A DNA stretch of 61,440 nucleotides, filler included, from 5 parts of 5 records of this genome joined end to end with filler, not necessarily neighbours in it, one strand, 5' to 3'; numbered from the whole stretch's first letter, positions 51,594-61,337 are shown. The notes: a model not told the origin generated them from the letters alone. Program-made: numbers and translations.

Positions 51594-51840
51594 GGCAAAT
51601 ATCCGCTCGCTCAACTCAAAGTATTCCACAGGCAATAAACAGCTGCGGAATCATTTGCTGAGAGTTGAGTTGGGCCGTCAGGTGCCTTTGAAATTTTAAT
51701 TCGGATACTTAGAGTATGCACAGATTCCGCCGAGCTAATCAACACCTAGATTCATGCCGCTTAAACCGCTTTACTGCCCGTTAGACCACGTAATCAAGAC
51801 GTTCGTGGTTTTATTTCTTAGAGTACAAAAAAAGAGTGTT

Positions 51841-51940
51841 NNNNNNNNNNNNNNNNNNNNNNNNNNNNNNNNNNNNNNNNNNNNTTAATTAATTAANNNN
51901 NNNNNNNNNNNNNNNNNNNNNNNNNNNNNNNNNNNNNNNN
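51841..51940. other. Artificial contig spacer
   Basis: N-run with TTAATTAATTAA linker. Confidence 0.98.
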
Positions 51941-52450
51941 GTGATAGGAACACACGTTCATCGGGTTCCACTTGGGCACATTCGTATAGCAGAACTCGGC
52001 CACATCCGCGATCATTTTAAGCGATGGCTTGGGCGGGCAAATATAAGTGCCGCGCGACAGGTATTCTTTGATCAGGTCGTTTTGCACGGTGCCCTGAAGC
52101 TTGGAAATATCGGCACCCTGTTCTTCGGCGACGGCAATATACAGCGACAGCAACCAAGGCGCGGTCGCATTGATTGTCATTGAGGTGTTCATTTGCTCAA
52201 GCGGAATTTCGTCGAACAAGGCCCGCATATCGCCCAGGTGGGACACAGGAACGCCAACCTTGCCCACTTCGCCACGTGCCAATGTGTGATCGCTATCGTA
52301 CCCGGTTTGTGTTGGCAGATCGAAAGCCACGGAAAGGCCGGTCTGCCCCTTGGCCAGATTACCACGGTAAAGTGCGTTAGACGCCTTAGCAGTAGAGTGA
52401 CCGGCATATGTCCGGATCAACCAGGGGCGGTCTTTTTGCGACTGGGTCAT
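51941..52450 (-). CDS. ecm: Ethylmalonyl-CoA mutase (MeaA/Ecm), 3' truncated
   Basis: RPWLIRTYAGHS, GLSVAFDLPTQTGYD, NTSMTINA, GTVQND; next to ccr. Confidence 0.92.
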
Positions 52451-52600
52451 GTTGGGCCTCGCGAGTCAGGGTGAGCAACAATATTTCAATGGGGCGTTCT
52501 AAATCGCAATTTTCGGCTCGTGTCAATTCGCTGCGGCGCGGCAAATTCAGCTGAGCGCGAATGGATTGTGGCAGACCGTGTTTGATGGCAGGTTGCGGCC

Positions 52601-53965
52601 ATGGCGCAGACTATTGAACTCCCACTCTGGCTTTTTATTTTGATCGTGCTGTTTGCAACGGTCACTTTTGCGTCGCATTTTCTGTTCCCTTCCGTGCGCT
52701 GGTTCTTTCGCCGCCGGTTAGAGCGGGCGGTCGCACGCTTGAATAAACGTCTGGAGCGCCCGATTCAGCCCTTCAAGCTGGCGCGGCGCCACGACATGAT
52801 TCAACGCCTGATCTATGATCCGCAAGTTGGTCATGCTGTTCAGGCGCACGCACAGTCCGAAGGGGTGCCCGAGGCCGTCGCTTTTGAAGAGGCCAAGCGG
52901 TACGCCCGCGAAATCGTTCCATCGTTTTCGGCGTTTGCCTATTTTAGCTTTGCGATCCGGCTTGCGCGTTTTCTAAGCAATGCGTTTTATCATGTCCGCT
53001 TGAGCCACTTGGACGAGAACACGCTGCGCAATATCGATCCCAACGCCACGGTTGTTTTTGTCATGAACCATCGCAGCAACATGGACTATGTCCTGATCAC
53101 CTATTTGGCGGCCCAACGATCGGCACTGTCTTATGCGGTTGGTGAATGGGCGCGTGTCTGGCCGCTTAGCCGGTTGATCCGGGCAATGGGGGCCTATTTC
53201 ATTCGACGCAAGTCCGGCAGCGAGCTGTACCGCCAGGTTTTGGCGAGTTATGTGCGCCATGCGACGGATGCTGGCGTGACACAGGCGATGTTCCCCGAGG
53301 GCGGACTCAGCCTGACAGGCGCTTTGGGGCGGCCAAAGTTGGGTCTGTTAAAGTATATTGTGGATGGCGCTGACCCTGTTGGGCGTGATGTGGTCTTTGT
53401 TCCTGTGGCCTTGAACTATGATCGGGTCTTGGAAGACACCACATTGACAGCGGCGGCCCATCGGAACGAGCGCCGGTTTAGAGCCCGCATCGGTGTCGTC
53501 ATGCTATGGATCGTCAAGCAGCTGTTCCGACGGATCGTGGGGCGCTATCACCGTCTTGGGTACGCTGCAGTCAGTTTTGGTGAACCGGTTTCCCTAAAAG
53601 CGTTTCGGACCGAAAATGAGGGGGATGTTACTATTCCTTTGGCCCGTCACCTCATGGCGGACATCGGCGCGATCATCCCCGTTCTACCGATGCCTCTGAT
53701 CGCGTGGCTGGTGTTGCGGGACGGGTCTATGTCACGTACGGCCTTGGAACATGAAATTGAAAAAGTAGCGGCTGGGCTGGCTTCGAATGGGATGCATCTG
53801 TCCCCTGATGCGTTTATCGAGGCGCTTGATAGTAGCCTGATGCAGTTAAAGCAGCGAGAGATCCTGATCGAAGAGCAGGGCGTGTTCCGCACGAATCCAC
53901 AGCGCCATGACTTGCTGAGGTATTACGCTGAGTCGGTGGACGATGCGGTGAAGCAAATCACCTGA
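52601..53965 (+). CDS. Glycerol-3-phosphate/1-acylglycerol-phosphate acyltransferase family protein
   Basis: N-terminal TM; NHRSNMD (HxxxxD), FIRR, FPEGG. Confidence 0.9.
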   Translation: MAQTIELPLWLFILIVLFATVTFASHFLFPSVRWFFRRRLERAVARLNKRLERPIQPFKLARRHDMIQRLIYDPQVGHAVQAHAQSEGVPEAVAFEEAKRYAREIVPSFSAFAYFSFAIRLARFLSNAFYHVRLSHLDENTLRNIDPNATVVFVMNHRSNMDYVLITYLAAQRSALSYAVGEWARVWPLSRLIRAMGAYFIRRKSGSELYRQVLASYVRHATDAGVTQAMFPEGGLSLTGALGRPKLGLLKYIVDGADPVGRDVVFVPVALNYDRVLEDTTLTAAAHRNERRFRARIGVVMLWIVKQLFRRIVGRYHRLGYAAVSFGEPVSLKAFRTENEGDVTIPLARHLMADIGAIIPVLPMPLIAWLVLRDGSMSRTALEHEIEKVAAGLASNGMHLSPDAFIEALDSSLMQLKQREILIEEQGVFRTNPQRHDLLRYYAESVDDAVKQIT

Positions 53966-53991
53966 AAATGCTGCGATAGCGAAGTGTTTTT

Positions 53992-54094
53992 CTGCACTCG
54001 CAGGGTCATAAAGTTTCAAAAAAGAACGAAATGGTGTTGCAATGTTGCGTGACAGTTCATATTCCATCCTCAGCGCCGCGATTCTGCATTGCGG
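53992..54094. promoter_or_regulatory. PhaR-like CTGC-N3/4-GC(A/G)G boxes upstream of ccr
   Basis: CTGCACTCGCAG (53992-54003) and CTGCATTGCGG (54084-54094). Confidence 0.4.
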
Positions 54095-54121
54095 CAAGAA
54101 ACCTAGACATAGGAGGCTGAC

Positions 54122-55408
54122 ATGGCTTTGGACACCAACGGCGGTATCGCGTCTTACGAGGCACCCGAAAAAGATCTGTACGAAATGGGTGAAATCCCAC
54201 CAATGGGCTATGTCCCTAAGCAGATGTACACTTGGGCCATCCGCAAAGAGCGCCATGGCGAACCCGATACTGCGATGATGCAAGAAGTGGTCGATGTTCC
54301 TGTCTTGGACAGCCACGAAGTTCTCGTTCTGGTGATGGCTGCTGGTGTTAACTACAACGGTGTTTGGGCTGCTTTGGGCAAGCCGATTTCCCCGTTTGAT
54401 GGCCACAAAGCGCCTTATCACATTGCTGGTTCAGATGCGGCTGGTATCGTTTGGGCCGTGGGTTCCAAAGTGACTCGTTGGAAAGTGGGCGACGAAGTTG
54501 TCATTCACTGCAACCAAGATGATGGTGACGACGAAGAGTGCAACGGCGGCGATCCGATGTTCTCGACCAGCCAGCGAATCTGGGGTTATGAAACTCCTGA
54601 TGGATCCTTCGCACAGTTCACCAATGTTCAGGCGCAGCAGCTGATGCCACGTCCCAAGCATCTGACTTGGGAAGAAGCGGCGTGTTACACGCTGACCCTG
54701 GCGACTGCATACCGCATGTTGTTTGGCCACGAGCCACACGATCTGAAACCTGGCCAGAACGTTCTGGTTTGGGGTGCCTCGGGCGGTCTGGGATCTTATG
54801 CGATCCAGCTGATCAACACTGCAGGTGCAAATGCGATCGGCGTGATCTCGGACGAAAGCAAGCGTGACTTTGTTATGGGACTGGGTGCAAAAGGCGTTCT
54901 GAACCGTAAGGATTTCAACTGCTGGGGGCAGATGCCGACAGTCAATACGCCAGAATACGGTGCTTGGTTCAAAGAAGCGCGCAAGTTCGGCGCTGCGATC
55001 TGGGAAATCACCGGCAAAGGCGTGAACGTTGATATGGTGTTCGAACACCCCGGTGAATCAACCTTCCCTGTGTCGACTTTTGTCTGCAAAAAGGGCGGCA
55101 TGGTTGTGATTTGCGCCGGGACCACCGGCTTTAACCTGACGCTGGACGTGCGTTACATGTGGATGCACCAGAAGCGTTTGCAGGGTTCGCACTTTGCGCA
55201 CCTCAAACAAGCTGCTTCCGCGAACAAGCTGATGCTTGAGCGTCGCCTTGACCCCTGCATGTCCGAAGTCTTTGCTTGGAACGATCTGCCCGAAGCACAC
55301 ATGAAAATGCTGCGCAACGAGCATAAGCCCGGCAACATGTCCGTTCTGGTACAGGCTCCTAAGACTGGCCTGCGGACCCTCGAAGAAGTTCTGGACGCAC
55401 GCGGTTAA
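54122..55408 (+). CDS. ccrA: Crotonyl-CoA carboxylase/reductase
   Basis: MAAGVNYNGVW, IWGYETPDGSFAQF, WGASGGLG, WMHQKRLQGSHFA; AGGAGG RBS. Confidence 0.97.
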   Translation: MALDTNGGIASYEAPEKDLYEMGEIPPMGYVPKQMYTWAIRKERHGEPDTAMMQEVVDVPVLDSHEVLVLVMAAGVNYNGVWAALGKPISPFDGHKAPYHIAGSDAAGIVWAVGSKVTRWKVGDEVVIHCNQDDGDDEECNGGDPMFSTSQRIWGYETPDGSFAQFTNVQAQQLMPRPKHLTWEEAACYTLTLATAYRMLFGHEPHDLKPGQNVLVWGASGGLGSYAIQLINTAGANAIGVISDESKRDFVMGLGAKGVLNRKDFNCWGQMPTVNTPEYGAWFKEARKFGAAIWEITGKGVNVDMVFEHPGESTFPVSTFVCKKGGMVVICAGTTGFNLTLDVRYMWMHQKRLQGSHFAHLKQAASANKLMLERRLDPCMSEVFAWNDLPEAHMKMLRNEHKPGNMSVLVQAPKTGLRTLEEVLDARG

Positions 55409-55436
55409 CCATAACCGAAGTTTCTTGCTGACAAAC

Positions 55437-55473
55437 ACGCCCGCGAATCACCAATGTGGTTCGCGGGCGTTTT
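55437..55473 (+). terminator. Rho-independent terminator after ccr
   Basis: ACGCCCGCGAATCAC-CAAT-GTGGTTCGCGGGCGT then TTT. Confidence 0.8.
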
Positions 55474-55587
55474 CGTTGGAACTGAGGCTACTAGGGGTAT
55501 CAATCAGTTAGAAAATCCACCCTCACTGTTTATGGGGAGGGGAAAGAAGTGAATTTTCGCAACCAATGGATGCATGCTATAGTTATG

Positions 55588-55603
55588 TTAACCTTTCGTT
55601 AAC
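55588..55603 (+). promoter_or_regulatory. CtrA-binding box
   Basis: TTAA-CCTTTCG-TTAAC, exact TTAA-N7-TTAAC consensus, ending 18 nt before the ATG at 55622. Confidence 0.75.
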
Positions 55604-55621
55604 TGTTTCGGAGAGACTCTG

Positions 55622-55840
55622 ATGCCACAAAATGAGTGGATACTGGACGTTCTGGCTGACCTCAAAACCTTCGCTTCGACGAATGGTATGGGGGTGCTCG
55701 CAGAGCAGCTTGATGACACCAAGCTGATTGCGGCCGCCGAGATAGCGTCCCAGAAAGAAGAGGCACGTTCGCTGGGGCATGGGGAAACAAGTCAATTTGG
55801 AAAGCATACTGGAGGACTTGGACGCCACCAGCGCGCTTGA
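55622..55840 (+). CDS. Small hypothetical protein overlapping the luxR start
   Basis: GGAGA RBS; helical WILDVLADLKTFA..LAEQLDDT; overlaps the luxR ORF by 62 nt. Confidence 0.65.
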   Translation: MPQNEWILDVLADLKTFASTNGMGVLAEQLDDTKLIAAAEIASQKEEARSLGHGETSQFGKHTGGLGRHQRA

Positions 55841-56498
55841 AGACCTACAGGAGATCTCGGTCGCGTTACGGGATACCTTACAGATAAATCACATTGTTTA
55901 TCATTGGGTGGACAGCGCCGGGGATCAATATGGGTGTGGGACCTATTCGGACGACTGGGTTGAGCGATACGTAGAGCAAAACTACCACCGTACAGACCCG
56001 GTTATCTTGGGGTGTTTCCAGCGCTTTCATCCTGTGGATTGGAAGCGTATGGATTGGTCGACTAAAGCCGCCAAAGTTTTCCTCAAGGACGCGCTTGATC
56101 ACGGCGTTGGCAATCAGGGGTATTCGATACCGATTCGAGGACCCAAGGGGCAATTTGCGCTGTTTACCGCAAACCATGTTTGCTCGGATGAAGAATGGGC
56201 AGAATTTACTCAGACCTTTGGTCACGATCTGATTTTGATCGCGCACTACTTCAACCGTAAGGCGTTAGAGTTTGAAACGAATCGACAGCCCGAACAATCT
56301 CGGTCTTTGTCACCCCGCGAAGTAGATGCGATGACATTGCTGGCGTTGGGCTATAATAGGGCGCAAATTGCCCACTCTCTGTCCATCTCAGAGCACACAC
56401 TGCGCGTTTATATCGAAAGCGCGCGCTTTAAGTTGGGCGCGCTAAATACAACACATGCGATTGCGCGCGCCCTGAGCAGAGGTTTGATAGTGGTTTAA
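55779..56498 (+). CDS. luxR: LuxR family AHL-responsive regulator
   Basis: Autoinducer-binding W..RY....Y...DPV, PVDW; HTH LSPREVD..IAHSLSISEHT; adjacent to luxI. Confidence 0.94.
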   Translation: MGKQVNLESILEDLDATSALEDLQEISVALRDTLQINHIVYHWVDSAGDQYGCGTYSDDWVERYVEQNYHRTDPVILGCFQRFHPVDWKRMDWSTKAAKVFLKDALDHGVGNQGYSIPIRGPKGQFALFTANHVCSDEEWAEFTQTFGHDLILIAHYFNRKALEFETNRQPEQSRSLSPREVDAMTLLALGYNRAQIAHSLSISEHTLRVYIESARFKLGALNTTHAIARALSRGLIVV

Positions 56499-56581
56499 GG
56501 GTGCGCACGCTGTCCTGACTAAAAATTAACCAATGTACCGTACTCCTTTTGTTCTATCGCTGGACGACAAGGGGACACATT

Positions 56582-57220
56582 ATGTTGCGCTACATTTACG
56601 CTGATGAACTGCACCAATATCCGGAACTGGCTAAGGCTATGTTTCAGGACCGCGCCGATCAATTTAAGACGCGTCTGGGGTGGGAAGTTTCTGTTGATGA
56701 GAATGGGGAAGAGCGGGATCAGTATGATGCGCTCAATCCGCTTTATGTAATTTGGGAAGAAGTGGATGGCAGCCACGGCGGCTCGATGCGTTTCTTGCCA
56801 ACAACCGGGCCGGTTATGGTGAACGAGATCTTTGGCCATCTCACAGGGGGGGCACCGATTACCAGCCCGTTGATTTGGGAATGCACCCGGTTCTGTCTTG
56901 CGCGAGGGGCTGGGTCACATGTCGCGGCAGCGCTGATGTTGGGAGGCGGTGAAATTATGACTGCATTTGGCATTCGCCATTTTGCCGGTGTCTTTGATGC
57001 GCGCATGGTCCGTATCTACAAGGCGATCGGATCATCGCCTGAGATCTTGGGATCCGAGGGAACAGGACGCGACCGTATTTCCGTTGGCTTGTGGGAATTC
57101 AGCCAAGAGGCACGTGACAAAGTTGCGGCGCGAGCTGGCGTATCTCAAGAGTTGTCGCGCCTATGGTTCAACCGTGCTTTTGGCAGTGTCAGAGACAACC
57201 GCTTTGCACTGACTGGGTAA
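56582..57220 (+). CDS. luxI: Acyl-homoserine-lactone synthase
   Basis: Start MLRYIY; R..QF..RLGW, ERDQYD, SMRFLPT, WECTRFC. Confidence 0.95.
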   Translation: MLRYIYADELHQYPELAKAMFQDRADQFKTRLGWEVSVDENGEERDQYDALNPLYVIWEEVDGSHGGSMRFLPTTGPVMVNEIFGHLTGGAPITSPLIWECTRFCLARGAGSHVAAALMLGGGEIMTAFGIRHFAGVFDARMVRIYKAIGSSPEILGSEGTGRDRISVGLWEFSQEARDKVAARAGVSQELSRLWFNRAFGSVRDNRFALTG

Positions 57221-57279
57221 GTCGAGAAAAGATAAATCGCTCTCTGGCGGTGTCTGGCGCGCCCCTGTAGGGTCGCGCC

Positions 57280-58812
57280 ATGACCAATTCTCCCGTTGTT
57301 TTCTCCGATGATCAGGCCACTGCTTTTGACAGTGTCACTGAGATGCTTCGATTTGCCGGTGTCCATCTGGATGACGAGGCGCTGCTGACGCCCCCTGCGG
57401 GGAGCAAGTCGGGTGTCATGGCCGTTATTGGAAAGGCGGGATCTGGCAAAACCCTGCTTCTGGCTGAGTTGTACAAGGCGCTGGAAGGGGCCGGGGTACA
57501 GATCGTGTCCGGCGATTACGAAAGCAGAAAAAACAAAGAGCGCAGGACTTTGGCGATTTTAGCCCCGACCAATAAGGCGGCTAGCGTTCTCAGATTGCGC
57601 GGCGTACCTGCCACGACAATCCACAGAATACTCTATACCCCGGTTTACGACCCCGAATATGAGCGGATCGCAGAATGGTTGGCGGGAAACGGCGAACGTC
57701 CTGAAATCGAAGGTCTCACCGATGAGGCATTGGATCGTGCAGCCGCGTTTTACGAAGGCAATAAATCGATCCCGGGCGCGCTGGCTATTGCTGGTTTGCG
57801 GGGATCGGATTTCATTACAGGTTGGAAACGGCGAGAAGAGCCGTTGGATATTGGTTTCGTCGATGAATCTTCGATGTTGGATGATCGACAGTTCAATGAT
57901 TTAAAAGAGATTTTCCCAACCCTTGTGGTGTTCGGTGATCCCGCACAGTTGGCGCCAGTGAACCAATCCGGATCGATGGTTTTTGATGATCTTGAACCGC
58001 CACGCAAAATCGAACTCAAGCGGATCCACCGGCAAGAGGCTGATAACCCGATTCTGGATTTGGCCCACGCCCTTGCGGACCCTCAGCTGGAGTTTCATCA
58101 TTTCGAACGCATGATCGAAGACACGGCCAAGCGTGACGAACGCGTGGTTTGGGGCCAACGAGTCGAGGTCGACCTGATGGCGCGTAGCCCTGTTCTGGTT
58201 TGGCGCAACGCGACACGTATCCGTTTGATCAATGCTTTTCGCTCCGTTCATGGGGCTCCAGCCGAAGAGTTGCTGGAGGGGGAGCCGTTAATCTGTGACG
58301 GTATCGAATTGCCACTCAAGCATCGCAAAAAGCGACTAGATCTCGAAGCCCGGGGCCTGATCAAAGGGGCGCAGGTAGTCTATTTAGGGCCGGGGCGGAA
58401 ACCTGGCTTTTCTCGATTGCACGTCATGGGGGCCGAAGATCCGCAAGTGAGTGCAGCCTCGATTGTCAAAATTGAAATGCCCGACGAAGAAGAACCTTTT
58501 ATCCCCTTTGCAGCGCGCATGGGGGCGACCTTTTTACATGGCGCAGCGGTGACGATCCACAAGGCACAGGGTTCTCAATGGAATACGGTTCAGGTCTTTG
58601 CCCCGGATATCTACGTAGCGGCCAAAATGGGGCGCGTGGAGGCGGGGCAACCGCTGTGGAAGCGATTGGCCTATGTCGCCATCACGCGCGCGCAAGAGCG
58701 GCTAATTTGGGTTGTGCGCAATCGCCTTTCTAAACCAACCTATGGCTTACAGGTCGATGACCTGAAACAGGCTCCAGCGTCAGTTCTGACTCTGGAAGAG
58801 GAACAAGTATGA
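57280..58812 (+). CDS. RecD-like SF1 helicase / ATPase
   Basis: GKAGSGKT, APTNKAA, TIHR, VDESSM, GDPAQL, TIHKAQGSQW, YVAITRA. Confidence 0.92.
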   Translation: MTNSPVVFSDDQATAFDSVTEMLRFAGVHLDDEALLTPPAGSKSGVMAVIGKAGSGKTLLLAELYKALEGAGVQIVSGDYESRKNKERRTLAILAPTNKAASVLRLRGVPATTIHRILYTPVYDPEYERIAEWLAGNGERPEIEGLTDEALDRAAAFYEGNKSIPGALAIAGLRGSDFITGWKRREEPLDIGFVDESSMLDDRQFNDLKEIFPTLVVFGDPAQLAPVNQSGSMVFDDLEPPRKIELKRIHRQEADNPILDLAHALADPQLEFHHFERMIEDTAKRDERVVWGQRVEVDLMARSPVLVWRNATRIRLINAFRSVHGAPAEELLEGEPLICDGIELPLKHRKKRLDLEARGLIKGAQVVYLGPGRKPGFSRLHVMGAEDPQVSAASIVKIEMPDEEEPFIPFAARMGATFLHGAAVTIHKAQGSQWNTVQVFAPDIYVAAKMGRVEAGQPLWKRLAYVAITRAQERLIWVVRNRLSKPTYGLQVDDLKQAPASVLTLEEEQV

Positions 58813-59537
58813 ATAGCATAATTGTCACAGGGGCCAGTTCCGGTATTGGACGCGCCACAGCCGAGCTATTTTTGAAAGAGGGCTGGATGGTCGGTCTCTT
58901 GGCGCGGCGCCAAGAGGTGCTGGAAGAGATTGCAGCCGATCATGCGGGGGCCGTGCCCTTGGTCGCGGATGTGACAGACCCAGAGGCGGTCACATCTGCC
59001 TTTTCAAAGTTTCAGAGCCGGGCTGGCCATCTTGATGTTCTGTTTAACAACGCAGGGGTCTTTACTCCGGGCGGAACGATTGATGAAATCGCGCTGGATG
59101 ATTGGTTTCAGACTGTGAATGTGAACCTGAATGGTATGTTTTTGTCAGCCCGGGCTGCGTTTGCAACGATGCGGAGGCAGCTGCCCATGGGCGGGCGGAT
59201 CATCAACAACGGCTCAATCGCCGCTCATGTTCCGCGTGCAAGCGCGCTCCACTACACGACCACCAAACACGCCATCACCGGCTTGACGCGCAGCCTGTCG
59301 TTAGATGGGCGGCCGTTCAATATTGCCTGTGGCCAGATTGATATCGGGAATGCGCGCACACCGATGGTCGAAGGGTTAAACGCCGCCGCCATCGCGCAAG
59401 GTGAGGTTCCGCAGCCATCGATGGCGGTTGAGGACGCCGCACGTTCGGTTTTGCATATGGCAGACTTACCGCTAGAGGCGAACGTGCAGTTCATGACCGT
59501 TATGGCGACTACGATGCCGTATATTGGGCGGGGTTAA
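58809..59537 (+). CDS. Short-chain dehydrogenase/reductase
   Basis: TGASSGIG, NNAG, YTTTK. Confidence 0.92.
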   Translation: MNSIIVTGASSGIGRATAELFLKEGWMVGLLARRQEVLEEIAADHAGAVPLVADVTDPEAVTSAFSKFQSRAGHLDVLFNNAGVFTPGGTIDEIALDDWFQTVNVNLNGMFLSARAAFATMRRQLPMGGRIINNGSIAAHVPRASALHYTTTKHAITGLTRSLSLDGRPFNIACGQIDIGNARTPMVEGLNAAAIAQGEVPQPSMAVEDAARSVLHMADLPLEANVQFMTVMATTMPYIGRG

Positions 59538-59555
59538 ACCCCACCCAATCAGTCT

Positions 59556-60320
59556 TTAGTTGCGGCGCAATGCGCTGAAAACGGCAGAGGCACCCCAGCC
59601 TGCAAAGATCGCAATGGCCAGAGACATCAGGCCATACCAGATAGGTTGTTGGCGCGACATGTTGAACAAAAAGCGTTCCAACCCGACCTTGCGCACATCA
59701 ATCGAGGTTTCATAGCTCGATATGATTTTGCCGTTCCGGGTCAGGAAAATACGGGTCAGGTAATCGCCTTCGGTCAGATCTGCGGGCATGTCGATCCGTG
59801 TGCGGAACAGGGTTTGCTGGTCCAGGATCACTTGCCCTTCGAGCAGTTGATACAGATCTTTATCTTGGCGAATCCGAATGACTGCTTCGGTGAAACGACC
59901 GGCGTCGGTGATTTCAGCCGGGGCCCCAACCGAACGAATGGCCCGGTCGATGGTCACTTTCTCGCGCAGATCTTCGGTCTCGCTCAGAACCTGAGCGATC
60001 GGGCCTGTGGTCGCAACTGCATAAAAGCTGGGTGCCGAATCGACTTCCAAGGCTTCTGTGTTGACCCAGATACCAAACTTTTTCTCTTTGCTGCGGACAA
60101 CAACAGGTTCGGACGGGCCGGCAATCGTCATCACCACTTCTAGCGGTTCATCGGTGTTGATCGATTCTTCGCGTTTTACGGCGCCAAAGATCAGGATCTC
60201 AGAGCCATCAAAGCTTGTTGTGATGGCGACGTTGTCTTTGCTGAGGCCAAGAACAACTTCTTCGCTCTGGGCTGCAAAGGGTGCGGTGAGCATCAGCAAT
60301 CCACAAATCAAACGGCGCAT
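59556..60320 (-). CDS. TIGR02186 family membrane protein
   Basis: Signal peptide, IT..FDG..I.IFGA, GIWVN, PSFYAVA, C-terminal TM; paired with TauE. Confidence 0.85.
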   Translation of the reverse strand: MRRLICGLLMLTAPFAAQSEEVVLGLSKDNVAITTSFDGSEILIFGAVKREESINTDEPLEVVMTIAGPSEPVVVRSKEKKFGIWVNTEALEVDSAPSFYAVATTGPIAQVLSETEDLREKVTIDRAIRSVGAPAEITDAGRFTEAVIRIRQDKDLYQLLEGQVILDQQTLFRTRIDMPADLTEGDYLTRIFLTRNGKIISSYETSIDVRKVGLERFLFNMSRQQPIWYGLMSLAIAIFAGWGASAVFSALRRN

Positions 60321-60322
60321 GA

Positions 60323-61246
60323 TCAGTGCCCCCCAGCAGCGCCAAGCGAGTAGAGCTCAGCAGGTTGCAACAACAGATCAAGGGCCAGCTTGCCACAGAC
60401 CGCGAGAACCATCAGCGCCAACAGGACGCGCAATTGTTCAGCCTTAAGTTTGACACCAATTCGCGTGCCGATCTGGGCGCCAATGACACCACCGACCAAC
60501 AACAGTACGGCCAAAACCACGTCGACGGTAAAGTTTGTGGTGGCGTGCAACATGGTGGTGAACGCGGTGACAAAAATGATCTGGAACAGCGATGTCCCAA
60601 CAACCACTTTGGTTGGCATGCCCAAGATATAGATCATCGCAGGCACCATAACAAAACCGCCGCCAACACCCATGATTGCAGCCAAAATGCCAACGACAAG
60701 GCCAACGATGATTGGTGGCAGGATTGAGATGTACAAGCCCGAGGTGCGAAAACGCATTTTGAAGGGCAGGGCGTGTACCCAGCTACGCTGACGCCGCTTT
60801 GCGGGTGCTCCACCTGCCGCGCCACGAGATTTGCGGATGGCGTTGACGCTTTCGATGAACATTAAGCCGCCGATAACACCAAGGAAACCAACATAGCACA
60901 GTTTAACCAGCAGATCGACCTGACCCAGGCTTTTCAAGTGGTTAAAGACGACGACACCAAGGGCGGCCCCGGCGAGGCCGCCGATAAGAAGGACAAATCC
61001 CATCCTGAAATCGACGGTTTTTCGTCGAAAATGCGCAAGCACGCCGGAAAACGAAGACGCAACAATCTGGTTGGCTTCGGTGGCAACGGCGACCGCTGGC
61101 GGAATGCCGATGAAGAACAGTAAAGGCGTCATAAGAAACCCTCCGCCGACACCGAACATGCCCGAAAGGATCCCGACCATCCCGCCAAGTCCTAACAAGA
61201 GGAACGCATTGACGGACACTTCAGCTATGGGGAGGTATATTTGCAT
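60323..61246 (-). CDS. Sulfite exporter TauE/SafE family protein
   Basis: MQIYLPIAE, duplicated GVGGGF motifs, multiple TM helices. Confidence 0.92.
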   Translation of the reverse strand: MQIYLPIAEVSVNAFLLLGLGGMVGILSGMFGVGGGFLMTPLLFFIGIPPAVAVATEANQIVASSFSGVLAHFRRKTVDFRMGFVLLIGGLAGAALGVVVFNHLKSLGQVDLLVKLCYVGFLGVIGGLMFIESVNAIRKSRGAAGGAPAKRRQRSWVHALPFKMRFRTSGLYISILPPIIVGLVVGILAAIMGVGGGFVMVPAMIYILGMPTKVVVGTSLFQIIFVTAFTTMLHATTNFTVDVVLAVLLLVGGVIGAQIGTRIGVKLKAEQLRVLLALMVLAVCGKLALDLLLQPAELYSLGAAGGH

Positions 61247-61337
61247 GATCCCTGTTAGACCGTAGCGGCACCCAAAATCAACTCTGGATGCCGCTCTGCA
61301 GAAATCAGGACTGACTTCTGGGTCTAAACTGGACTTA

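Noticed and set aside
56499..56581. lux box before luxI
   Set aside because: No convincing 18-20 bp inverted repeat; only an 8-bp GTGCGCAC palindrome and a TTAACC half-site.
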